DNA of 46,429 nt from an uncultured Paenibacillaceae bacterium (GTDB lineage: Bacteria > Bacillota > Bacilli > Paenibacillales > CALAME01): the NCBI GenBank assembly GCA_937983035.1, contig CALKAN010000050.1, positions 1 through 46,429 on the forward strand, read 5' to 3'. Both the position numbers and the translations under genes were made by a program. Below, piece after piece: positions 1 through 7,738 of the stretch. The notes below the pieces were generated by a model. The model was not told the origin of the DNA, searched no databases, and saw only the letters and a list, made by a program, of their open reading frames with translations. Position 1 is the stretch's first letter; the number at the start of each line of letters is the position of its first letter.

Positions 1-90
1 TTTTTTTATTGCAGAGAGACCGGGATGAGAACCCACGGCGGGGTTCGTCGGAGCATGTGCATCGATGGAACGGCATCGCAGTGTCGAGAT

Positions 91-119
91 GCATATTTTT
101 TTTGCAATTTCACATGCTA
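91..119 (+). promoter_or_regulatory. Forespore-type (sigma-G/sigma-F-like) promoter candidate for the SASP gene
   Basis: GCATA (91-95), a 17-nt T-rich spacer, then CATGCTA (113-119). This is close to the sigma-G consensus GHATR-17/18-CAHWHTA with one mismatch. It lies about 50 nt upstream of the SASP start. Confidence 0.4.
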
Positions 120-169
120 TACAGTAAATCTTTGTAATTCAGCATATGCACAAATGGAGGGTTAATAAT

Positions 170-334
170 ATGACACAAATGGATCACGCGAAAGATGCAT
201 TGGAGCCAAACAATCCCCATCAAATGACCAACCGCCGCAATGAAGAGGATAAGCCGGCGAATGAACCGTTGTCTGGTTCCAAAAAGGTAAAAAATCAAAA
301 TCACAGCCGCAACAATAAGGGCGAGGGCAGATAG
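170..334 (+). CDS. sspP: Small acid-soluble spore protein, SspP-like (54 aa)
   Basis: ORF 146..334 trimmed to the ATG at 170, preceded by GGAGGG plus 8 nt. The product is small, basic and hydrophilic. It carries EPLSGSKKVKNQNHSRNNK, which matches my memory of the SspP motif EPLSGSKKVKNRNHTRQKH. Confidence 0.6.
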   Translation: MTQMDHAKDALEPNNPHQMTNRRNEEDKPANEPLSGSKKVKNQNHSRNNKGEGR

Positions 335-399
335 CAGACGCATTGCTTTTTCATTAACAATCAAGATAAACAGCCAAACAGGGAAGGGGTTCCTGTAAA

Positions 400-1881
400 A
401 TGCATCATCGAATTCATCGCTTCATCATCGTCATATTGGTGAGCATGATCAGCTTCCATTCATTCATCAGCCATGCAGCGACAGCAAACGAGCAAGCGAG
501 CAATATGGATCGGAAAACGGCGTTGACTGAGTGGATGCGCATGTTTGAACAAAACGATCAGTGGGAAGAAATATACGATTATTATAAATCACATGTTCAG
601 CCGCCTCTGAAAGATTATCCTGCTTTGGATCATTGGATACAAAAAGCGATGAATCAAGCAAAAAACAAACAGATTGAACCCCGAAAAATGGTGAAATTGA
701 TTCATGAAGGGATCATGGTCTTTCATTATTATGAAATCATGGCTGTTTTGCGCAATATACCTGAATTGTTGAGATCAGGACAAGCGTCGATTGCACAAGG
801 CTTGCTTGATGTTTCATTGCGCATGTTTCATCACGCGTTTGCTGCGAATATTCAAGCATTGGATCAGCAATTTCGCACGAACATGCTGCAGCATTTGGAA
901 ACGATCTTGTTCCCAACTGTGCAGCAAAGCTTAAAAAGCCAAAATCCTAAACAATTCAAATTGTATGCTGAAATGATCGATCTCGCTTTGATCAAAAGAT
1001 TTGTCGTTCAAATCCATCAATACTTTGATGATTTAGAAAAATCGGATCAGACGAATGACGCATATACTCTTCAAGCTGCTTTGCTTGCTTTCCTGCCGAT
1101 TCATGCCAAAGCAAAACTTGTTCACCCAAAACAAGCAGATTTCACATTCCATCTTTTTAACGCAAGATCTCAAGATGTTCCAGTGCTTGTTTTAAAGAAA
1201 GAGTTAGCGTATATGATTACGCTGCAAATTCAGCATGCATTTGACCAAGTGATGCTGAACTTGACTGAAAAAGACGACGAGGCTGCATTTAAACATGCTG
1301 CAGAAGCATTGTTTTATATTCAATCTTTGCAGCTGCCGGTTCAAAATTTATTAAAAAATGAAGATTATGCCGTTATTGAACAATATGCAGACGCTTATTA
1401 TAATCTTGTTCATCGGTTAGTGAGGGAAGAAGATCCGCAGCAGTTTAAAAAGATTTCCACCCATGCGTTTCAAGTGATGCATATTTTAACGAAAATGAAA
1501 GGAATATATTTAAAAGCAGGGGAATCGAACATTCGGATTGACGGGGAATGGATCGAATTCGAGCATCCATTATCTTATCAAGATCCAGAATCAGGCGAAA
1601 CATGGGTGTCCATACGCGCCATTGCCGAAGCGTTGGGAATGGAGATCACTTATCAACCTGAACACAAATGTTTGAAACTGAATACTGGCAGCCTTGTTGT
1701 TGTCATTGAAAACAATTTAAGCAATGCCCAGGTGATCGATCAGGAAAAAAGGAAATCTGTCATTCAATTTGAGCATCCATTGACATATAAGGGGGGACAT
1801 GCATATATATGCATCAAAGATTTAGGAAAATTGTTGGACCAAAGGATTGTTTGGTACAAAGATGAGATCATTATTTTGTAA
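400..1881 (+). CDS. Secreted protein of unknown function with a C-terminal copper amine oxidase N-terminal-like (stalk) domain
   Basis: 493-aa ORF with an N-terminal signal-like segment (FIIVILVSMISFHSFISHAATA). A long helical region has no motif I recognise. The last ~110 aa (IRIDGEWIEFEHPL...SIRAIAEALGMEI...AYICIKDLGKLL) resemble the Cu_amine_oxidN1-type domain common in Bacillales secreted proteins. Confidence 0.6.
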   Translation: MHHRIHRFIIVILVSMISFHSFISHAATANEQASNMDRKTALTEWMRMFEQNDQWEEIYDYYKSHVQPPLKDYPALDHWIQKAMNQAKNKQIEPRKMVKLIHEGIMVFHYYEIMAVLRNIPELLRSGQASIAQGLLDVSLRMFHHAFAANIQALDQQFRTNMLQHLETILFPTVQQSLKSQNPKQFKLYAEMIDLALIKRFVVQIHQYFDDLEKSDQTNDAYTLQAALLAFLPIHAKAKLVHPKQADFTFHLFNARSQDVPVLVLKKELAYMITLQIQHAFDQVMLNLTEKDDEAAFKHAAEALFYIQSLQLPVQNLLKNEDYAVIEQYADAYYNLVHRLVREEDPQQFKKISTHAFQVMHILTKMKGIYLKAGESNIRIDGEWIEFEHPLSYQDPESGETWVSIRAIAEALGMEITYQPEHKCLKLNTGSLVVVIENNLSNAQVIDQEKRKSVIQFEHPLTYKGGHAYICIKDLGKLLDQRIVWYKDEIIIL

Positions 1882-1884
1882 GCA

Positions 1885-1927
1885 CAAAAAAGTCCTCTTT
1901 CTACCGTCAAATCAGGGAGAAGAGGAC
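1885..1927 (-). terminator. Probable intrinsic terminator of the O-methyltransferase gene
   Basis: GTCCTCTT (1892-1899) pairs with AAGAGGAC (1920-1927). Read on the minus strand, the stem is followed by TTTTTTGTG. The loop is long (~20 nt), which lowers confidence. Confidence 0.45.
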
Positions 1928-1938
1928 GAATCCGATCA

Positions 1939-2574
1939 TTATTTCTTTACTCTTGCAATGGCTAAACCATCATATGCCGGCAAGATTGTGCTGTCTAACA
2001 TCGGATCTTCAGCGATTCGCTTGTTAAATAATCTCATCGCATCCACGGATGGAGAATGACGGTCAGGATCAGCAACCCGGCCTCTTAACAATGTGTTGTC
2101 TGCAACGATGATTGCGCCTGGATGGGCGAGTTCAATCGCGAAGTCTAAATAATTTGGATAGTTGCCTTTGTCAGCATCGATGAAGAAGAAATCAAACTTT
2201 AAATGTTCTTTTTTGAAATGTTCCAAATGATGCAAGGCTTCTCCAATGAAGTGCTGCACTTTATGCGCCAGTCCTGCTTCTTGCAAGTGTTTGCGGGCGA
2301 TTTGAGCGTATTCTTCTTTCAGTTCGAGTGAAAATAAGCTGCCGTCTTCGCTTAATCCTCTGGCTAAATAAATGCCGCTGGCACCGCCCAACGCGCCAAT
2401 TTCTAGTATCGATTTGGCTTGGCTCATTTGCACGAGCAGCGTTAATAGTCGACCGTAACCTGGATCGATAGAAATTTCCGGCATTCCCGCCTCTCGAATT
2501 CCTTGCAACGTTCGCTCGATGTCTTCGTCTCGCGGATAGATGGACTCTACGTAATCTTCAATGGCTTTCAGCAT
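1939..2574 (-). CDS. Class I SAM-dependent O-methyltransferase (caffeoyl-CoA OMT / family 3 type)
   Basis: 211-aa ORF with SAM-binding motif I (ILEIGALGGASGIYLA) and the acidic FFFIDADK motif typical of cation-dependent O-methyltransferases. An AGGAGGA SD precedes the ATG. Confidence 0.85.
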   Translation of the reverse strand: MLKAIEDYVESIYPRDEDIERTLQGIREAGMPEISIDPGYGRLLTLLVQMSQAKSILEIGALGGASGIYLARGLSEDGSLFSLELKEEYAQIARKHLQEAGLAHKVQHFIGEALHHLEHFKKEHLKFDFFFIDADKGNYPNYLDFAIELAHPGAIIVADNTLLRGRVADPDRHSPSVDAMRLFNKRIAEDPMLDSTILPAYDGLAIARVKK

Positions 2575-2692
2575 GATTCATATCCTCCTATATCATGATC
2601 GCAATGGCTGCAGCGGCCTGATTGAATGCTGCGATTCCTTTTATTATATACGAATTGACCTTTGCAATTATACGAATAAAAGAAAAAGATGC

Positions 2693-2722
2693 TTGACTTT
2701 TGCATCATATTTATGATATATT
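2693..2722 (+). promoter_or_regulatory. Sigma-A promoter for tRNA-Pro
   Basis: TTGACT (2693-2698), an 18-nt spacer, then an extended -10 TGaTATATT (2714-2722). It lies ~40 nt upstream of the tRNA 5' end. Confidence 0.55.
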
Positions 2723-2762
2723 TAATATCGCATTTGATAATTCAATAGATCAGATTGTGTAT

Positions 2763-2839
2763 CGAGACGTGGCTCAGCTTGGTAGAGCGCTTGCTTCGGG
2801 AGCAAGAGGTCGCAGGTTCAAATCCTGTCGTCTCGACCA
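2763..2839 (+). tRNA. tRNA-Pro (anticodon CGG), CCA encoded
   Basis: Manual cloverleaf. Acceptor CGAGACG/CGTCTCG with the C1:G72 pair typical of tRNA-Pro. D arm GCTC/GAGC. Anticodon stem CTTGC/GCAAG with loop TTCGGGA (anticodon CGG). T arm GCAGG-TTCAAAT-CCTGT. Discriminator A followed by CCA. Confidence 0.9.
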
Positions 2840-2892
2840 TTATTTTGCTTTATATTTTAGTTGTTTAAAGCAATAAAGTAAAGAGAGCAGCC

Positions 2893-2927
2893 GGCCCGGA
2901 AGAGGAATATTTCCGGGCCTTTTAATT
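2893..2927 (+). terminator. Intrinsic terminator after tRNA-Pro
   Basis: GGCCCGGAA (2893-2901) pairs with TTCCGGGCC (2911-2919), followed by TTTTAATT. It sits between convergent genes and may also weakly stop the minus-strand SIMPL gene. Confidence 0.75.
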
Positions 2928-2951
2928 GGGCTGAATTCTCTTCATTCCATT

Positions 2952-3695
2952 TTATTTCATTATAAAGGTGACAGTAACGCTTTTTTGAATTTCGATTTGG
3001 CCGGGCTCAATGACCGTGCCTAAGGCGTCATATTCCAAAGGAGCAGCCATTCGAGCGATTGGCAATCCCGTTGGTGCTCCGCTTTCATGGATTTGATGCA
3101 CGTCTGCGATTTGTTTGCCGGCCGTTTTCGCTAAAGCTTCAGCTTTTATTTTGGCATGTTCCATCGCTTTTTCCAGAGCGGATGTTTCAAGGCTTGTTTG
3201 ATCTTTAACCGTAAATTGCACATGATCGATTCGATTTGCGCCGGCTTTCACGACATCGTCCAACAATTTGCCGATGTTTTCGATATTGCCGTATTCAACT
3301 TGCAGCATATGCCGCACCGTATAGCCTTGCAAGATGCGTTCTCCTTGGTTTTCATAACGATAGTTTGGCTGGACTCTGAATTCAACGGTGCGGATCAAAT
3401 CTTCATCTGCGCCGTGTTCAAGCAATGACGTCTTCACGCGCGCTATAATTTCAGCTGCCGCTGATTGCGCTTCTTCAACGGTTTCTGCTTGCATCTCTGC
3501 TCCCAATCTCAGCATGCTCCAATCAGGAGATGCGCTTATGTTTCCAATTCCTTGGACAGTAATGGTGTCCGCTGCCGTGTCAGCAGCTGCCCATGAAACC
3601 GCAGATGGCTCTTTCGGCAAATTTATGCCAGCAGCACATGCAGCAAGCAAAACAACAACGATTACACTGACTTGAAACCAATTTTTCTTAACCAT
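2952..3695 (-). CDS. SIMPL-domain (DUF541) lipoprotein
   Basis: ORF 2952..3710 trimmed to the ATG at 3695 (GGAGG plus 6 nt). Lipobox-like LLAACAAG follows a hydrophobic signal. The body shows the SIMPL/26-kDa periplasmic immunogenic protein pattern (ITVQGIG...SASPD..., LQGYTVRH). Confidence 0.75.
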   Translation of the reverse strand: MVKKNWFQVSVIVVVLLAACAAGINLPKEPSAVSWAAADTAADTITVQGIGNISASPDWSMLRLGAEMQAETVEEAQSAAAEIIARVKTSLLEHGADEDLIRTVEFRVQPNYRYENQGERILQGYTVRHMLQVEYGNIENIGKLLDDVVKAGANRIDHVQFTVKDQTSLETSALEKAMEHAKIKAEALAKTAGKQIADVHQIHESGAPTGLPIARMAAPLEYDALGTVIEPGQIEIQKSVTVTFIMK

Positions 3696-3748
3696 TTCAT
3701 ACCTCCGCAAACTTGATCATTTTACATCATTGCAATAGTGAGCGTCTA

Positions 3749-4888
3749 TCAGCTGTTTTTCCAAACGAAATATTTTTCGAAAGCTGTTTTAAAAAGATGA
3801 GGAATCCGCCCTTCCACCGCAAATTCTGCCGTTCCTTCCGGCAAAGGATATTTGAAGGACATGACCGCGCCGTCAGAGCCTAATTCCCAAATCGCGAGAA
3901 GATGGCTTTGAAATTTTTCATCTTCATACGGCTGGCCTTGAATTTGTTTAAAAATCGTTTTCGCCGCGTATTCGCCTTCCATTTTTGCTGTTCTGCCGTT
4001 TTTGAATGCCGATTCGTTTGGGAGCGCAGCATCGCCGATGCAATATATATGATCAAATCCGTCAACTTGCAAATAATCATTCACATGAATCAATCCGTTG
4101 CTTTGTTTAAATTGTTTTGTTTGAGCAATGAAATCCGCGCCTTTATACGGGGGAATGACAAACGACCAATCGCATGAGAATTCCATTCCATTATCGAAAA
4201 GAATCACATTTTTTTTCATTCGTTTTATTTCCGTATTGCAGTAATAAGCAATGTTTTTTTCCTGCATATGTTTTTCTATTATTTCTGTCGTTTTCTCGCC
4301 TGCTCGTTCCAACAGTTTTTGTTCGCTTGTGCAAAAAGTAAGAGAAACTTGAATATTTCTTTTTTTCAGATACTCGTCCAGTTCAAAAATAAATTCATAT
4401 GCAATGGCCGGCATGACATGATTGTTGTAAACCGCTGCGACAATCGATTGTTTATTTTGCAGTGCATTGATTTTTTCATATGCAGATAATGTATCTTTTT
4501 CAAAGTAGATGGACACTACATTAGAAACATCACCCGGAACGTTTTCCCAATCCGGCAAAGCGCCTGTTGCGATGATTAAATAATCATAGGAAAGCTCTTG
4601 ACCGCTTTCCAGTAAAATGCTGCGCTGATCCGGCTTCACTTTTTTTATCGCATCATGCAAAAATGATACGCCGGACTTTTCGAGGGCGGGGCGAAGAGGA
4701 AAAGTAATTTGATCTAATTGTCGTTGACCAAATGCTGCCCAAATTAAAGAAGGTCTGAATAGAAAATATTCGCGCTGTGAAACCAACACAATTTCATGGT
4801 CTTTTTGTTGGGGCATATGAAACAGCTTCGCTAAGGTTAATGCTGCGCTCAGCCCTCCAAAGCCGCCGCCTGCAATGACAATTCTCAT
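3749..4888 (-). CDS. FAD-dependent pyridine nucleotide-disulfide oxidoreductase (sulfide:quinone oxidoreductase / NDH-2-like family)
   Basis: N-terminal Rossmann motif MRIVIAGGGFGGLSAA. The ~380-aa length and the later CIGDAA motif fit the family. Start set to the ATG at 4888 (AGGAGGG plus 7 nt); the track start is a GTG one codon upstream. Confidence 0.75.
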   Translation of the reverse strand: MRIVIAGGGFGGLSAALTLAKLFHMPQQKDHEIVLVSQREYFLFRPSLIWAAFGQRQLDQITFPLRPALEKSGVSFLHDAIKKVKPDQRSILLESGQELSYDYLIIATGALPDWENVPGDVSNVVSIYFEKDTLSAYEKINALQNKQSIVAAVYNNHVMPAIAYEFIFELDEYLKKRNIQVSLTFCTSEQKLLERAGEKTTEIIEKHMQEKNIAYYCNTEIKRMKKNVILFDNGMEFSCDWSFVIPPYKGADFIAQTKQFKQSNGLIHVNDYLQVDGFDHIYCIGDAALPNESAFKNGRTAKMEGEYAAKTIFKQIQGQPYEDEKFQSHLLAIWELGSDGAVMSFKYPLPEGTAEFAVEGRIPHLFKTAFEKYFVWKNS

Positions 4889-4967
4889 CACACATCCCTC
4901 CTGTGACCATATCTTTCCCTTCAGGAGCGATGATTACCCATTCATGACGTCAAAATGTCGATGCGGT

Positions 4968-5912
4968 TTAAACAGCATGATTGATCCGAAATGTTTCGCC
5001 AAGTTTTAAAACATGAAGTCGGTTCATCGGCAAATTCAAGCGCGTCCATTCCCGGGAAAGTCGTGACACGGCTTCTTCTGCGGTATCATCAGCCAGTCGA
5101 AACGTGCCATAATGCATCGGTATAAAATGTCCGGCCTCTAAATCGAGGTAAGCTTGCACGGCTTCTTCAGGGGTCATATGCGCTTCTTTCATGAACCATT
5201 CAGGATCATATGCACCGATCGGAAGCAAGGCTGCATCGATCGGAGAGCATGCCTCTTGGATCGCTTTAAATCCTCTGAAGTATCCGCTGTCGCCGGCAAA
5301 GTATATCGTGCTGCCAAGTTCCCTGTCACGTATGATCCAGCCGCCCCAATGAGAGGTGTTCGTATCCCATAAGGTGCGTCTGGTCCAGTGTTGAGCTGGA
5401 ACGAAAATGAACGTTGCGTTGCCGATTTCATGCGTCTGCCACCATGACAGTTCTGCAACGTCTTTAAAACCTTTTCTTTTCATCATGACGGCCAATCCTT
5501 CCGGCACGAGCAGTTTAGGCTGCCCAGGCAATGCACGAATCGACCTGAAATTCAAATGATCATAATGGGCATGTGAGATGAGCACGGCATCGATGGAGGG
5601 CAGATCTTCAATCGAAAGCCCTGGGGCGGAAAGACGTTTGAATAAACCGAGATATTGGGCAAAGACAGGATCTGTAATGAGATTAAGCCCAGCGCATTGA
5701 ATGAGGAATGTTGCATGTCCAATCCATGTCACGGTTGCTTGCGTGCGATTTTTTTGCAAAAATTCAATTTCTTTATGTGTCGCTTGCGGAACGATGTAAC
5801 TTTCGGCGCGTTTTTTTCTCCTTCTCTCCCGCTGCCATTTTTGTACATCTTTATATGATTTCAAAGCATTGATGTTATCTAGATTTTGATAACGTTTCTG
5901 ATTTCTGAGCAT
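4968..5912 (-). CDS. MBL-fold metallo-hydrolase (COG2220 / NAPE-PLD-like)
   Basis: HAHYDH metal-binding motif plus downstream H and D ligands. The track start (5990) runs into the tRNA-Arg gene, so I trimmed to the ATG at 5912 (MLRNQKRY), preceded by AAGGGGA plus 9 nt. Confidence 0.8.
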   Translation of the reverse strand: MLRNQKRYQNLDNINALKSYKDVQKWQRERRRKKRAESYIVPQATHKEIEFLQKNRTQATVTWIGHATFLIQCAGLNLITDPVFAQYLGLFKRLSAPGLSIEDLPSIDAVLISHAHYDHLNFRSIRALPGQPKLLVPEGLAVMMKRKGFKDVAELSWWQTHEIGNATFIFVPAQHWTRRTLWDTNTSHWGGWIIRDRELGSTIYFAGDSGYFRGFKAIQEACSPIDAALLPIGAYDPEWFMKEAHMTPEEAVQAYLDLEAGHFIPMHYGTFRLADDTAEEAVSRLSREWTRLNLPMNRLHVLKLGETFRINHAV

Positions 5913-5960
5913 CGTGACATTTCCCCTTTGAATGCGCTTTCCGTTTGCATGGATAATAAA

Positions 5961-6034
5961 CGCACCCGAGAGGATTCGAACCTCCGACACGCGGTTTAGG
6001 AAACCGCTGCTCTATCCAGCTGAGCTACGGGCGC
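5961..6034 (-). tRNA. tRNA-Arg (anticodon CCU), no encoded CCA
   Basis: The reverse complement reads GCGCCCGTAGCTCAGCTGGATAGAGCAGCGGTTTCCTAAACCGCGTGTCGGAGGTTCGAATCCTCTCGGGTGCG. Acceptor GCGCCCG/CGGGTGC, anticodon loop TTCCTAA (CCT), T loop TTCGAAT. The 3' flank is TTT rather than CCA. Confidence 0.9.
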
Positions 6035-6066
6035 ATGAGTTCCGTTTACGATAAAATCATGAAATA

Positions 6067-6095
6067 AATTTACCATAAAATATAATGACAAGCAA
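6067..6095 (-). promoter_or_regulatory. Sigma-A promoter candidate for tRNA-Arg (and possibly downstream genes)
   Basis: On the minus strand: TTGCTT, a 17-nt spacer, then an extended -10 TGgTAAATT. It lies ~30 nt upstream of the tRNA 5' end. Confidence 0.5.
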
Positions 6096-6097
6096 CA

Positions 6098-6123
6098 TAA
6101 AAAAGCCCCAACTTTATCGGGGC
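6098..6123 (-). terminator. Intrinsic terminator of the alpha/beta hydrolase gene
   Basis: On the minus strand: GCCCC, loop gataaagtt, GGGGC, followed by TTTTTTAT. The 5' arm overlaps the last codons and the stop of the hydrolase. Confidence 0.7.
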
Positions 6124-6926
6124 TGCAGGCGTTTCGCCTCATGTGCAAATGATCTTGCGATCTCAATGAAGCGGGACGGATTTTCATACATGCTCATATG
6201 TCCTGCGTTTTCAATCAGTTTTTGTTCAATTGTATTTCCTTCTGCAGAAAACGTTTTGCTTTTGTCAATGAGCTGATCGTCTTCTCCGGCAACTAACAAA
6301 ATGGGACAGTCCGCTTTTTTCAAAATGTGATTGCGATCTGGACGGTCTTTCATCGCTGTCAAAGCCGCTTGAGCTCCTTCAGGCGATGTTTGATATCCGA
6401 TTTGTTTAACTCGCTCAATGTCGCTTTGTTTTGATTCGAGGTTGACGGGAGCGAACAATTTTGGAATCAAATCGTTTACGAAATGACGGATTCCGTGCTG
6501 GTTTATCGTTTCAATTGCTTTCAGCCGTCCTTTTTTAGCTTCTTCTGAATCAGGATAGGCAGTAGAATGGATCAGACCAAACCCTGAAAGCCGCGTCATA
6601 TATTTTTCGGCAAAAGCTAAAGTCGCATAACCGCCGAGGGAATGTCCGAACATGACGATGTCGTTCTCAGTTAACTCATACACAAGATGGGCAATATCTT
6701 CTGCGATTTGGTCGATCGTCCATGGTCCAGGAGGCGCATCTGATTGCCCGTGTCCTCTTAAATCAGGTGCTATGCAGCGAAATTCCGGCGTCAAGGCTGG
6801 AATAACGTGTTCAAAATAATCCGCACTGCCGCAAAATCCGTGAATGAACAGCAAAACCGGGCCTTCGCCCTCATCAACATAAGCCAAGCGATGTCCATGG
6901 ATGGTTGTTATTTTTCGTTCAAGCAT
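6114..6926 (-). CDS. Alpha/beta-fold hydrolase
   Basis: 270-aa ORF with the HGFCGS oxyanion-region motif and the nucleophile elbow GHSLGG. The C-terminal GH (NAGHMSM) is consistent with the catalytic His. Confidence 0.85.
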   Translation of the reverse strand: MLERKITTIHGHRLAYVDEGEGPVLLFIHGFCGSADYFEHVIPALTPEFRCIAPDLRGHGQSDAPPGPWTIDQIAEDIAHLVYELTENDIVMFGHSLGGYATLAFAEKYMTRLSGFGLIHSTAYPDSEEAKKGRLKAIETINQHGIRHFVNDLIPKLFAPVNLESKQSDIERVKQIGYQTSPEGAQAALTAMKDRPDRNHILKKADCPILLVAGEDDQLIDKSKTFSAEGNTIEQKLIENAGHMSMYENPSRFIEIARSFAHEAKRLQPR

Positions 6927-7044
6927 GAAGACGCATCCTTTCTATTTTTTCATTTGGAAATGTTTGTGATATGATAAATTGCATCATTTACATTTGTTTT
7001 CATTGATCGGCAAGAAATATAAAAAAGAACAGGAGCGTATAAAC

Positions 7045-7500
7045 ATGTTAGCAGGATTAGATTTGCCGGCATTAATCTTGCTGCTGTTAGCAGCTTTAGG
7101 CATTTTCAGCAAAAACACGACGGTAACAATCGCCATGATTATCTTGTTGCTGCTGCGCGCAACTCATGCTCACAAAGTTTTCCCTTTCCTTGAAAAATAT
7201 GGGATAACACTAGGTATTATCATTTTGACGATAGGTGTTATGGCTCCGATTGCCAGCGGGAAAATATCCGTGGATGAGATTATCAAAAGCTTTACAAACT
7301 GGAAATCTCTGCTTGCGGTTGCTGTAGGCATGTTTGTCGCATACTTAGGATCGCGCGGGGTAGATTTGATGAGCAGCAACCCGTTAATCGTGACGGGCAT
7401 ATTGATCGGCACCATTTTAGGCGTTGCATTTTTCAGAGGCGTGCCGGTAGGGCCATTGATTGCAGCTGGGATTGTGGCGTTAATATTAGGCAGAAGTTAA
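7045..7500 (+). CDS. DUF441 / UPF0756 family integral membrane protein
   Basis: ORF 6979..7500 trimmed to the ATG at 7045 (AGGAG plus 9 nt). The 151-aa product is very hydrophobic with ~4 TM segments, and its N-terminus [14 protein letters not shown] resembles UPF0756 proteins. Confidence 0.7.
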   Translation: MLAGLDLPALILLLLAALGIFSKNTTVTIAMIILLLLRATHAHKVFPFLEKYGITLGIIILTIGVMAPIASGKISVDEIIKSFTNWKSLLAVAVGMFVAYLGSRGVDLMSSNPLIVTGILIGTILGVAFFRGVPVGPLIAAGIVALILGRS

Positions 7501-7738
7501 CTAAATCATTCTTAATATTATCTAGAATTATTTAGTATTACCAGATAATTCTTAGGAATATCGAAAAAAGCGACGGTTACATAAGGTTAAGTAATTCGAA
7601 GTATTACTTAATAATATTTGATCATTCGACAATTTGATTGCCTCTAACTATAACAAGGGCTCATTCATTTACCGATATTGTTTAATATGAAGGATGTTGT
7701 TGGTAGTGCATCCAAATTAGAAGAGGGAATAAGCAAGC

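Noticed and set aside
96-108. A T8 run after a GC-containing imperfect palindrome (57-95), looking like a terminator for a gene upstream of the window.
   Set aside because: The stem is weak and bulged. The T-run fits better as the 17-nt spacer of a GCATA/CATGCTA forespore-type promoter for the SASP gene.
110-364. 84-aa hydrophobic minus-strand ORF.
   Set aside because: It is entirely antisense to the SspP-like gene and has no SD. Its hydrophobicity is what reading an A/G-rich SASP gene backwards produces. Treated as a shadow ORF.
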